DNA from: a bacterium
GTDB lineage: Bacteria > Patescibacteriota > Patescibacteriia > 2-12-FULL-60-25
Assembly: GCA_021806685.1 (NCBI GenBank)
Contig: JAJZQU010000001.1
Location: 1 to 61,393 of the forward strand
Direction of reading: 5' to 3'
DNA: 61,393 nucleotides
Of the stretch, positions 52,469 to 60,758 are shown piece by piece. The notes under the pieces are model-generated. The model saw only the letters and a program-made list of their open reading frames with translations. It was not told where the DNA came from and searched no databases. The position numbers and the translations under genes were made by a program. Within the stretch, counting starts at the first letter, position 1, and each line of letters begins with the position of its first letter.

Positions 52469-52939
52469 GTGACTCTGTCATTTCGACCGTAGTCACGTAG
52501 GTGGCTCCCTCTGTCATCCTGAGCGAAGTGAGTTCGACGAACGCAGTCGAAGGACCTGGCTTTAATATATGGTTCCTAAAACATATTCTGTCTATATAAT
52601 GGCCAGTGAGGCTTGTGTGCTTTACATAGGAGTGACGAGTGGGCTTGAGGTTAGAGTTTATCAGCATAAACAGAATTTAGTTGAAGGATTCACTAAAAAG
52701 TACAAGTGCCACAAATTGGTATATTTTGAATCTACAACAGATGTTCAAGCAGCTTTAGCAAGGGAGAAACAACTGAAGGGTTGGACCAGATTCAAGAAGA
52801 TGCAGTTGATTCAAAAATTTAATCCAACCTGGAAAGATCTCTCGGAAGAGTTCGGTCCAGATCCTTCGACTTCGTCGGACTCCGCTCAGGATGACAGGGG
52901 AGAAGAGCAACTTCGCTCGGAATGACAGAGAGAAGTGAC
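52469..52939. mobile_element. GIY-YIG nuclease cassette bounded by nested inverted repeats
   Basis: The inner inverted repeat is 52511..52556 versus 52860..52897 (CTGTCATCCTGAGCG..TCGAAGGACC / GATCCTTCGA..CGCTCAGGATGACAG). The outer pair is TCTGTCATTTCGA (52476..) versus TCGGAATGACAGA (..52930). No target-site duplication was verified. Confidence 0.5.
52569..52925 (+). CDS. GIY-YIG (URI) domain nuclease
   Basis: YSVYIMAS..VLYIGVT, R...H, KLVYFE and AL.REKQLKGW..KK. The last ~20 codons are encoded by the right-hand inverted repeat. Confidence 0.85.
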   Translation: MVPKTYSVYIMASEACVLYIGVTSGLEVRVYQHKQNLVEGFTKKYKCHKLVYFESTTDVQAALAREKQLKGWTRFKKMQLIQKFNPTWKDLSEEFGPDPSTSSDSAQDDRGEEQLRSE

Positions 52940-52974
52940 TAAGCACTGAATTTATGTTAATTTAGACCGGTCAT

Positions 52975-54084
52975 ATGGATCAGATGGGACTATTGGTTAT
53001 TTGTGGTTATATCTTATTGGGAACAGCCTTACTGTCTTTTGTTTTAAGCTACTTTAGCCGGCGCTGGGCCATCCGGTTTAAAGCTTTGGATATTCCCAAG
53101 AGCCCACGTAAAATCCATAAAGAACCAGTGCCGCTTTGGGGAGGGTTGGGGATTGGGTTGGCGCTTATCACAGCAGTCTTTGTCTTTGGATCAGATGTTA
53201 CCTTCTTGAGTTCAAAAATATCGCTTTGGCAGATTGTTGGTTTTATTCTTGGTATAATCATCCTTTGTATTGGCGGCATGCTGGACGATAAATATGACCT
53301 CAAAGCCTGGCAAAGCCTCATCTTTCCCGTTCTGGCATCTTTAGTCGTTGTTTTGACCGGCACATCGATTGTACATGTGACCAATCCCGGTACTTCGGCT
53401 GCCTTTTTCTTGAACTGGTGGGTTTGGCATCCGTTTGGGTCAGCTTGGAGCCTTTCTTTGCCAAGTGATTTGCTGACATTTATTTGGATATTAGTAGCCA
53501 TTTTTGCAACCAAGATTACAGATGGGCTGGACGGCCTTGTCTCCGGCATAACTGTCATTGGCGCAGCCATGGTTGGCTTACTGTCAGTCATGAAAACTTA
53601 TTTCCAACCGGAATCAGCCATTTTGGCCGCAGCGGTTGGAGGGGCATATCTTGGTTTTTTGCCAAAGAACATGCATCCGGCCAAACAGTTTTTGGGTGAA
53701 GGCGGAGCAACCATTGCTGGTTTTTGTTTGGGTTTCCTGGCCATCCTTTCTAGCGCCAAGATTGCCATAGCCCTCGCCGTGTTGGCCATTCCGGTGGCTG
53801 ATGTGGCATTTGTTTTTATGCGGCGCATCTATAATCATAAACCTTGGTACCAAGGCGATGATACGCACCTCCATTTTCGGCTTTTGGCAGCTGGCTTGCC
53901 GCACCGCACTATTGTTTTCTTGCTTTGGATTGTTTCTGCTTCAGCCGGTGTTATGGCACTCACCTTCCAGACGCGCGGCAAGATTTTTTTGATAATCGCC
54001 CTGGCTTTGCTGACATTCCTTGTCTCGTGGCTGGCTGATAAAGCTATTAAGCGTCGACAACTAATCGTTAGCAACCATGACTAA
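52975..54084 (+). CDS. Glycosyltransferase family 4 (WecA/TagO/MraY-like polyprenyl-phosphate sugar-1-P transferase)
   Basis: KIHKEPVPLWGGLGI, MLDDKYDL and TDGLDGLVSG, with a multi-TM body. Confidence 0.8.
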   Translation: MDQMGLLVICGYILLGTALLSFVLSYFSRRWAIRFKALDIPKSPRKIHKEPVPLWGGLGIGLALITAVFVFGSDVTFLSSKISLWQIVGFILGIIILCIGGMLDDKYDLKAWQSLIFPVLASLVVVLTGTSIVHVTNPGTSAAFFLNWWVWHPFGSAWSLSLPSDLLTFIWILVAIFATKITDGLDGLVSGITVIGAAMVGLLSVMKTYFQPESAILAAAVGGAYLGFLPKNMHPAKQFLGEGGATIAGFCLGFLAILSSAKIAIALAVLAIPVADVAFVFMRRIYNHKPWYQGDDTHLHFRLLAAGLPHRTIVFLLWIVSASAGVMALTFQTRGKIFLIIALALLTFLVSWLADKAIKRRQLIVSNHD

Positions 54085-54517
54085 AGTGGTTAAAATTTTT
54101 CTTATCATCAGCCTGATTTCGATTGGGATGCTTTTAATTATTTTTTGGCCGATAAAAGGCGCCATGAAAATTGATATTAATGGCACACAGATTTCTGTCA
54201 TGGTTGCTGATACCGAGGCGGCGCATAAACAAGGATTATCCGGACGCGAAAGCATAAAAGATAACCAAGGCATGCTTTTTCTTTTTGACCAGCCATACAA
54301 ATACATGTTTTGGATGAAGGATATGAAATTCCCGCTTGATATCGTATTTATACGAGATGGACGGATTGTTGATATGGCTACAGACCTGCCGGCGCCAAAA
54401 GAAGGTGAGAGTCCGGCCACTTTTACGCCTAAGGAGATGGCTGATCGAGTATTGGAGGTAAATGCCGGAACAGCCAAAAGATTTGGTTGGGATTTGGGCA
54501 CTGAAGTCAAGTTTTAA
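54077..54517 (+). CDS. DUF192 domain protein
   Basis: GLSGRESI..GMLFLF.....FWMKDMKFPLDIVFI matches the DUF192 pattern, with an N-terminal TM. Confidence 0.75.
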   Translation: MTKVVKIFLIISLISIGMLLIIFWPIKGAMKIDINGTQISVMVADTEAAHKQGLSGRESIKDNQGMLFLFDQPYKYMFWMKDMKFPLDIVFIRDGRIVDMATDLPAPKEGESPATFTPKEMADRVLEVNAGTAKRFGWDLGTEVKF

Positions 54518-54548
54518 AGATAACCAGCCAACTATCACCTCTTTTCCC

Positions 54549-54576
54549 TTGACATATCCAGCTAACCTGCTAGAAT
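54549..54576 (+). promoter_or_regulatory. Sigma70-type promoter TTGACA-N16-TAGAAT for the 54633 orphan
   Basis: Read directly. A ~50-nt leader follows, ending in AAAGGAGAG. Confidence 0.5.
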
Positions 54577-54632
54577 CGTTTTCGCGTTCAGTGAGAAACC
54601 TCGCAAGAGAGTTTGCCTAAAGGAGAGTTGTG

Positions 54633-55349
54633 ATGACGTCGAATTGTGGTGTTAGTCAGGAAACGGTTGATGAAGTCAGAAGAATCAAGAGCCTTGATGA
54701 CGAGTTCGATCAACAGGTAGATACCCTGATCAGGTCAGGTATCCACAGGTGCGTCGAACCTTTGGCAATGGGAGAGCGAGCATTCCGCGAGATGCTCAAC
54801 GAGCTCAAGGACCCTCTGCGTAACATTGAGTTCGCTCCAGGGGACGAATTTCCCAGGTTCCTGATCGTAGTTCCGACTGGTTTGGTTAGCCTGCATAGCC
54901 AATGCCACCTCATAAGTTGGGAAGGTCGAAATGTCAGGACAACCATTTTCGAGAATGAGCTGTCTGTCATTTTCAATGGCAGGCCGCATTGCCTGCCATA
55001 CCTGGCTGCCCAGATAGACATGGGTTGCGATTACCGCCCTCTTTCGACCGACGAGTACTCAACCTACATCAGTGGCACCGGCCAGAGTCCGTTCTATGCC
55101 GAAGAACTCCTCGCGCTCCTGCGCTGCAAGCCACCGGCCATGCTCGAAGGCAAGTTCTTCTGCGCCAATATGCGCCACGGGCCTGACAAGCGCGGCGTGT
55201 ACCTCCAGCTTGGGAAGGACAACTTCCAACTCAATACAGAGGACAAGGACATTGCGGGCCGGGACCACAGGTTCCCGTCTTGTTCCAAACGCCTCTACAT
55301 GACCAGGAAACCGCCTCGCCCCAGTGGCAGTCCGGCTTCCTTTGATTGA
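54633..55349 (+). CDS. Hypothetical protein (GC-richer, SD-bearing orphan)
   Basis: AAGGAGAG lies 5 nt before the ATG at 54633. Codons are C/G-ending. No family recognised. Confidence 0.6.
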   Translation: MTSNCGVSQETVDEVRRIKSLDDEFDQQVDTLIRSGIHRCVEPLAMGERAFREMLNELKDPLRNIEFAPGDEFPRFLIVVPTGLVSLHSQCHLISWEGRNVRTTIFENELSVIFNGRPHCLPYLAAQIDMGCDYRPLSTDEYSTYISGTGQSPFYAEELLALLRCKPPAMLEGKFFCANMRHGPDKRGVYLQLGKDNFQLNTEDKDIAGRDHRFPSCSKRLYMTRKPPRPSGSPASFD

Positions 55350-55397
55350 GGCCTCGGCTCTTAACCGGACTCGGTTTTGAGCCTATTTTTTATTAAT

Positions 55398-55472
55398 AAC
55401 CAAATTCGAATGTCCAATAACCAAAAAATAACCAAATTGGAGCTTTTTTGGACATTGGTAATTAGAGTTTGG
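55398..55472. repeat. CCAAT-heptad imperfect palindromic element, copy 2
   Basis: AACCAAATTCGAATGTCCAATAACCAAAAAA ... TTTTTTGGACATTGGTAATTAGAGTTTGG. The right box matches copy 1 (1682..1704) in 20/23 positions. Confidence 0.6.
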
Positions 55473-55514
55473 ACATTTGACAATCTCGATGAGATTGTTT
55501 ACTATATCGCCACT

Positions 55515-55826
55515 ATGATTGCTGTAATTGCGACCGGCGGTAAACAATACCTGGTCAAAGAAGGAGACAAAATCGAGATCGAAAAGATCAAAGGCGAGAA
55601 AGGCGAAGCCGTGACTTTTGATAAAGTGCTTTTGACTGCCGAAGAGGATGGTTCAAAGCTCAATGTCGGGACGCCTAACCTGTCGACCAAAGTCACAGGA
55701 AAAGTTATGGAACAGGGTCGCCACGACAAGATTGAGGTTGTGCATTACAAGGCCAAGGTGCGCTACAAGAAGCGCCAGGGCCACAGGCAGCCTTTCACGA
55801 GAATTGAAATCACAAAAATCGGGTAA
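55515..55826 (+). CDS. rplU: 50S ribosomal protein L21
   Basis: MIAVIATGGKQYLVKEGD..., 103 aa. The internal ATG at 55515 is used, because ORF-track start 55377 lies in the repeat. Confidence 0.9.
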   Translation: MIAVIATGGKQYLVKEGDKIEIEKIKGEKGEAVTFDKVLLTAEEDGSKLNVGTPNLSTKVTGKVMEQGRHDKIEVVHYKAKVRYKKRQGHRQPFTRIEITKIG

Positions 55827-55838
55827 CCCCCGATTTTT
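55815..55838. terminator. Bidirectional hairpin between rplU and recR
   Basis: AAAATCGGG-TAACC-CCCGATTTT overlaps the rplU stop. Confidence 0.55.
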
Positions 55839-56439
55839 AATTTGCCCGTCGATTCAGATACGCATCCGTGATCGTTGCCTCGTCAGCGTATTCGATTTGC
55901 GCGCCGGTTGGGATGCCGCGGGCCAAGCGCGAGACTGTTATCGGGAGTCCGGCCAGTTGGCGCATCAAATACATGGCAGTTGTATCTCCTTGGACATCCG
56001 GGTCGAGCGCCAAAATAACTTCGCGAATCTTATTTTCAGGATTTTTTATCTTTTCCAATAATTTGCCGATTTGCAGCATTTCCGGTGTCTTACCTTCAAT
56101 CGGGTCAAGCAAGCCGCCCAACACGTGGTAGCGCCCTTGGTAAATGCCAGCATCTTCCATGACACGCACGTCTTGGCTATTGGCAACCACGCACAAGAGC
56201 CCGGCGTCGCGCCTGGGGTCCGAGCAAATCGAACAAGGTGAAGCATCGGTCCACATGCCGCAAACTTGGCAGGGAACAATTTTGGCTGCGAGTTGGGACA
56301 GGGTATCTGCAAATTGTCGGATGTTGGTTTTGGATTGGGTGGCCAGCCAATAAGCATAACGCAAAGCCGCCCGTGGCCCAACGCCCGGCAACCTATCAAA
56401 CATTTCTGCCAGTTCCTTGATCGTCCTGGGAACGCTCAT
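55837..56439 (-). CDS. recR: Recombination protein RecR
   Basis: LPGVGPR HhH, a C4 zinc finger (CQVCG..CSIC) and a Toprim domain. Confidence 0.9.
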   Translation of the reverse strand: MSVPRTIKELAEMFDRLPGVGPRAALRYAYWLATQSKTNIRQFADTLSQLAAKIVPCQVCGMWTDASPCSICSDPRRDAGLLCVVANSQDVRVMEDAGIYQGRYHVLGGLLDPIEGKTPEMLQIGKLLEKIKNPENKIREVILALDPDVQGDTTAMYLMRQLAGLPITVSRLARGIPTGAQIEYADEATITDAYLNRRAN

Positions 56440-56750
56440 TATTTTTTAGTCATCTCTTGGATATCTTTGGCCAAATCCAAGCCGCCAATATCCTTAAGCT
56501 TGCCTGACAAGAGTTTTTGCAGTTTTTCGGCTGCATCATTACAAGCATCCTTAATCAAATTTTGGAGGTTGGCTTTGTCGGCCAAAGCATCATCTGTCAG
56601 CACCACGTTTGTCACACGTTGGTTGCCGTTCATGTTAATTTTGACTTTGCCCCAGCCGGATGAGCCTTCAACGGTTTCTTTTTCCAAAGTTGTCTGAATC
56701 TGCTTGGCGCGGCTGCGAAGGTCTTGGAATTGCTTGAGTTTGTTGAACAT
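56439..56750 (-). CDS. ybaB: YbaB/EbfC nucleoid-associated protein
   Basis: ~100 aa. GSSGWGKVKINMNGNQRVTNVVL fits the family, and the gene is upstream of recR as in most bacteria. Confidence 0.8.
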   Translation of the reverse strand: MFNKLKQFQDLRSRAKQIQTTLEKETVEGSSGWGKVKINMNGNQRVTNVVLTDDALADKANLQNLIKDACNDAAEKLQKLLSGKLKDIGGLDLAKDIQEMTKK

Positions 56751-56793
56751 ATGCGAACCATGTTACCGATTAGCCGGATAAACGTCAAAAAGT

Positions 56794-56817
56794 AAAAAAA
56801 GAGCCCAGTTACCTGGG
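56794..56817 (-). terminator. Intrinsic terminator of the 57249 orphan gene
   Basis: CCCAG-GTAA-CTGGG hairpin on the minus strand, followed by CTCTTTTTTT. Confidence 0.55.
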
Positions 56818-57249
56818 TAGAGTTTCGTCCTTCTCTTTCTTTGGGAAGACCCTCGTGGCAATGATGAAGATAGCAGCCAATCCCAGGGCGCGGGCTGCTG
56901 GCTGCAACCAATCTCCGGCCGTGTATAGCCGATAGACTAGGCAGGCAACATCTTCCACGAAGTACAAGATGATGATTATGGAGGCCATGGTAATCGACCT
57001 TTTGAGGATGGCTTTCAGCTGCTCTTCCTGTTGCTTTCGGAGCTCCGGATTAGTTGAAAGGTCGAAGTTATACAACCTCAGGAAGATGAAGGTTGCAATT
57101 GCCATAAGGCTGAGCGCCCAACTTAAGTCGCTTGCCAAAGAGTAGTGCCAGCTTTCATGCACTAGAAGCCAGTCCTTGGCGATTGCCAGCACCAATGTGG
57201 AGCCCATGGCGAATTCAAAGAACATCTCAAGAGCCTCAACTCGCTTCAT
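56809..57249 (-). CDS. Hypothetical four-TM membrane protein (SD-bearing orphan)
   Basis: GAGGAGG lies 5 nt before the ATG, and it has its own promoter and terminator. Confidence 0.6.
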   Translation of the reverse strand: MKRVEALEMFFEFAMGSTLVLAIAKDWLLVHESWHYSLASDLSWALSLMAIATFIFLRLYNFDLSTNPELRKQQEEQLKAILKRSITMASIIIILYFVEDVACLVYRLYTAGDWLQPAARALGLAAIFIIATRVFPKKEKDETLPR

Positions 57250-57271
57250 GTCAACCTCCTCTGAGTAAGCA

Positions 57272-57301
57272 ATTCTAAGTACACTTAATCATTAATGTCA
57301 A
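57272..57301 (-). promoter_or_regulatory. Sigma70-type promoter TTGACA-N18-TAGAAT for the 57249 orphan
   Basis: Read on the minus strand. Confidence 0.45.
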
Positions 57302-57331
57302 TGATAAAGGATGTTCAGGATGAATATTTAA

Positions 57332-58858
57332 TCAAAACGGCATGCCTGGCGGCGGAGTGTTAGTGATGGGAGTGTTGGGATCAAAATCAATTGGAGGCAG
57401 TTGGGCCGGGCTCATGGGCGGGGCGATGGTCGGCCTGGGTGCGGAAGAGGGGACGGCGGCATGGGCCATGGCCGGTTGCAGACCGGCTGCGCCTTGGGGT
57501 TGCTTGGCCAAGCTGCGGAAGCTGGCGCGTGTCTCGTCGAAAAACAGTTTTACCAAACCAGTTGGACCGTTGCGGTGTTTGGCAATGTGGATTTCTGCCA
57601 AATGCCGTTCATCAGGCGATAAATCTTCCAGTCTATAGTTTTTATCGGCAGCTTTGCGGTAAATGAAAAGTACGATGTCAGCGTCTTGCTCGATTGAACC
57701 TGATTCACGCAAGTGGGAGAGTTTAGGAATGGCTGGCTTGACCAATTCAACAGCGCGCGCAAGCTGGGAAAGGGCCAACACAGGCACTTGGAGTTCACGG
57801 GCAATAGCTTTAAGGCCGCGCGTAATTTCGGCCACTTCCTGCACGCGGTTTTCTGCGCCATTGCTGCCGCGCGATTCCATAAGTTGCAAGTAGTCGATAA
57901 TCACAAAACCCAGGCCGTGTTCCATTTGCAAACGGCGTGCCTTGGTCCTGATTTCCACGATATTAGCTGAAGCTGCATCATCGATATAGATTGGAGCTTC
58001 GGACAATGTGCCAATGGCATGGCCAATGCGCGAAAAATCATCATTTTCGCCTTGGTCAGACAAGCGGCCGGAATGCATTTTCCACAAATCAACGTTAGCC
58101 TCAGCGCAAATCAAGCGGTCAACAACTTGTTCCTTGCTCATTTCCAACGAGAAATAACCAACCGGCACTTTGTGCTTGACTGCCGCGTTGCGCATGAAGT
58201 CGAGCGAAAGCGAAGTTTTGCCGCAAGAAGGGCGGGCAGCCAAAATCACCAAGTCGCTTTTCTGCAAGCCATTGAGCATGTTGTCCAAATCAACAAAGCC
58301 TGTGGCCACGCCGCGCAGCTTGCCTTTTTCACGGTGGATTTCGTCAATGCGCTCAAAAGCCGAATCCAAAATGTTGGTGATGGGGGTAAAAGCCGTTTTC
58401 ACGAACTTTTGCGAAACACCAAAAAGTTTTTGTTCAGCCTGGTCCAAAACAGTTTCAACATCTTCCGATTGCTCAAAGCCCAAAGCAGTGATGTCCTGTG
58501 CTGCATGGATCAAGCGCCTGAGCGTGGCTTTTTTCTGGACAATGCGCGCGTAATTCTGCACGTGGCTCGAAGTGGGCACTGTGTTGGCCAGCTGGATCAA
58601 ATAAGCGCGCCCGCCGATAGCTTCCACCTGTTTTTTTTCTTCCAAGCGATCGGTGACTGATAAGATGTCGATTGGCTCATGCTTGCGGAACAAATCAGAC
58701 ATGGCCTCAAAAATCTCACGGTGTTTGTCAGCGTAAAAATCTTCCGGCGTTACCATGTCACCCACGCGGATAATGGCTTCTTTGTCTATCAGCAAAGCGC
58801 CCAGCAAAGACATTTCTGCATCCAGGTTTTGGGGCACCAGCTTGTCGCTATCTGACAT
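57332..58858 (-). CDS. dnaB: Replicative DNA helicase DnaB with a Pro-rich C-terminal tail
   Basis: PQNLDAEMSLLGALL, Walker A ARPSCGKTS and Walker B VIIDYLQLM. The ATG at 58858 is preferred over the GTG at 58864. Confidence 0.9.
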   Translation of the reverse strand: MSDSDKLVPQNLDAEMSLLGALLIDKEAIIRVGDMVTPEDFYADKHREIFEAMSDLFRKHEPIDILSVTDRLEEKKQVEAIGGRAYLIQLANTVPTSSHVQNYARIVQKKATLRRLIHAAQDITALGFEQSEDVETVLDQAEQKLFGVSQKFVKTAFTPITNILDSAFERIDEIHREKGKLRGVATGFVDLDNMLNGLQKSDLVILAARPSCGKTSLSLDFMRNAAVKHKVPVGYFSLEMSKEQVVDRLICAEANVDLWKMHSGRLSDQGENDDFSRIGHAIGTLSEAPIYIDDAASANIVEIRTKARRLQMEHGLGFVIIDYLQLMESRGSNGAENRVQEVAEITRGLKAIARELQVPVLALSQLARAVELVKPAIPKLSHLRESGSIEQDADIVLFIYRKAADKNYRLEDLSPDERHLAEIHIAKHRNGPTGLVKLFFDETRASFRSLAKQPQGAAGLQPAMAHAAVPSSAPRPTIAPPMSPAQLPPIDFDPNTPITNTPPPGMPF

Positions 58859-58933
58859 ACGCACAGAACTTACAAGCCCGCAGGCAGCAGGGGAAGATGA
58901 TAACGGGTGGCAGACCTGGGGATAACTTTATTT

Positions 58934-59000
58934 CATGTAGCATGTAACACGAAACATGTAACATTGGAATGTAATTTTGCTACATGTTACATGCTACATG
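58934..59000. promoter_or_regulatory. Perfect 16-bp inverted repeat CATGTAGCATGTAACA / TGTTACATGCTACATG with extra ACATGT-type units (candidate operator)
   Basis: The arms are at 58934..58949 and 58985..59000. The right arm abuts the -10 box at 59006. Confidence 0.45.
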
Positions 59001-59005
59001 CTACA

Positions 59006-59014
59006 TGGTATAAT
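59006..59014 (+). promoter_or_regulatory. Extended -10 box TGGTATAAT, 8 nt upstream of the ATG at 59023
   Basis: Read directly. No SD. Confidence 0.45.
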
Positions 59015-59022
59015 TGTGTTAA

Positions 59023-60153
59023 ATGAAACAAAACTCCAAAGTCCTGGACGTTACTTTGAATCTTATCGGGACCATCATAGGGGCTGGAGTTTTTGGATTG
59101 CCTGCAGTCATGGCAAAAACAGGGGTTTTGGGCGGCACGCTCATCTTTTTTGGGATAATGGTTGTGGCTTTGTTGCTGCATTTGTTGTTCGCCCAAGTTG
59201 TTCTGGCTGACAAGACCAAAAGGCGGTTGGCTGGCTATGCCGGCAAGTGGGTTGGCGGATGGGCTTATTGGGCAGCTTTGGTAATCTTTTTCTTCAAATG
59301 CTGCGGCGCCATCTTGGCTTACATTATTTTGGGCGGGGAGTTCATTTCAGCCATTGCCCACGGCCTTGGCTTGTTTGACGTTGTTTGGGTTTGGCAGTTG
59401 GTCTTTTGGGCAGTTGGGGCAGTCATCGTTTTCTTTGGCTTGAAGATCGTAACTCATGTCGAGGATGACCTGACTTGGTTGCTGGTCGGCGCCATGCTTT
59501 TTTCCGGCGTTGTCCTTGTACCGTTTTTTGATTGGCATGGCCTAAGCACATTGAATGCCATGAACTTTTGGCAAGCCTTGGGTGTCATGTTCTTTGCCGT
59601 GACTGCCATGACAGTCATCCCTGAGGCGGTTGATATTGCCGGGCGGAACGCTAGCACATCGCAGCGAGGGATTATCTGGGGCACGGTTATAGCAGGCGTG
59701 ATCTCTTGGATTTTTGGGTTGAGCATTGCTTTGGCTTATCCGGGTGTCCAAGCCGCGGCTGATATTTCGTTGGCTTTCCCGCCGATTTTCTGGTGGCTCA
59801 TCCCGACAGTTGGCGTCTTGGCCGTTGTCACTTCTTATTTGACTGTTACCCAAGCCCTGAAGAACCTTTTGAGCCTTGATGTCGGTTTAAAGCCAGTTTG
59901 GTCTTGGATCGTGGCAGTTGCCGTGCCTTTGGGATTTTTCGCAATCACTGCCCGCAATTTTTTAAACACGATTGGCTTTGTTGGCGGAGTGCTGACCGGC
60001 TTGTCGGGCTTGATAGTTTGCCTTTGCGCTTGGCAAGTCATGCGCCGTAAGGGGGTGCGCATCAACTGGGTTTGGAAATGGCTGCCTTTGCCTTTAGGTT
60101 TGGTCCTCTTGGCCATTGTTTTGCAGGAGCTTATGACATATGTCAAAATATAA
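59023..60153 (+). CDS. Amino-acid permease-like transporter (Trp/Tyr-permease / Aa_trans-like)
   Basis: The N-terminal LIGTIIGAGVFGLPAVMAKTG motif and ~11 TM helices. Confidence 0.6.
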   Translation: MKQNSKVLDVTLNLIGTIIGAGVFGLPAVMAKTGVLGGTLIFFGIMVVALLLHLLFAQVVLADKTKRRLAGYAGKWVGGWAYWAALVIFFFKCCGAILAYIILGGEFISAIAHGLGLFDVVWVWQLVFWAVGAVIVFFGLKIVTHVEDDLTWLLVGAMLFSGVVLVPFFDWHGLSTLNAMNFWQALGVMFFAVTAMTVIPEAVDIAGRNASTSQRGIIWGTVIAGVISWIFGLSIALAYPGVQAAADISLAFPPIFWWLIPTVGVLAVVTSYLTVTQALKNLLSLDVGLKPVWSWIVAVAVPLGFFAITARNFLNTIGFVGGVLTGLSGLIVCLCAWQVMRRKGVRINWVWKWLPLPLGLVLLAIVLQELMTYVKI

Positions 60154-60156
60154 TAT

Positions 60157-60576
60157 ATGAGAAAATATTTATCGTTCGTTTATATCCCGCTGCTTAAGTG
60201 GCTGGCCAACCTAACGCTTATCATGTTGGTTTTCGGTTACCTGCTCACCACGCCGCTTAACCCATGGCTTGAGTTGGGCATTGGCTGGACATTGTCCATG
60301 TTGATCGCCATGTTTTTCACTTATTGGGCTTGCCACAAGGAAATCTTCCAAGGCAAAAAGTTGGCGCTGTTCATCGCCTGTTGGGTCGTCATCACGGCTG
60401 GCATGGAAATGTTTTTGAGCTATTACACTTTTTGGAGCCCGTTCTTTACGCTCTTGCGTTTCGAGTTTGCCGTCCAAATGTTGGCTGAGATTTTGGGCAT
60501 CCTAATCATCATCAAAGTCCTGCGCAGACAGCATGCGTACAACGTCGCGGCAGAGGGGATTAACCTCGAAGGATAA
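60157..60576 (+). CDS. Hypothetical four-TM membrane protein
   Basis: Hydrophobic ORF starting 3 nt after the permease stop. Confidence 0.5.
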   Translation: MRKYLSFVYIPLLKWLANLTLIMLVFGYLLTTPLNPWLELGIGWTLSMLIAMFFTYWACHKEIFQGKKLALFIACWVVITAGMEMFLSYYTFWSPFFTLLRFEFAVQMLAEILGILIIIKVLRRQHAYNVAAEGINLEG

Positions 60577-60594
60577 AACTGAAAACTAGAAACC

Positions 60595-60660
60595 ATGTCC
60601 CGAGCGAAGTCGAGGGATGGAAAGAGTTTATCTGTCATCCTCGCGCATGCGGGGATCCAG
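60595..60660. repeat. Degenerate copies of the TGTC..CCGAGCGAAG / TGTCATCCTCGCGCATGCGGGGATCC repeat family
   Basis: Sequence similarity to the termini of 21534..21620 and of the GIY-YIG cassette. Confidence 0.45.
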
Positions 60661-60682
60661 AAATAAAAAGAGATAAAATCCC

Positions 60683-60710
60683 TTGACTTTTATGTATTGA
60701 TATGTAATAG
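60683..60710 (+). promoter_or_regulatory. Sigma70-type promoter TTGACT-N16-TAATAG (TG-extended) for the 60759 orphan
   Basis: Read directly. It shares the CCCTTGAC context with the promoter at 54549. Confidence 0.45.
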
Positions 60711-60758
60711 ATTACACATCCTGGTTCAAGGTGAATCAGAAAATGAGGAGGTCGTAAA

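Noticed and set aside
55377-55514. An rplU-specific ribosomal leader (L21-leader-like RNA) upstream of rplU
   Set aside because: The structured sequence is the CCAAT-heptad palindrome, which also occurs upstream of rnhA. It is therefore a generic repeat rather than an L21-specific autoregulatory leader.
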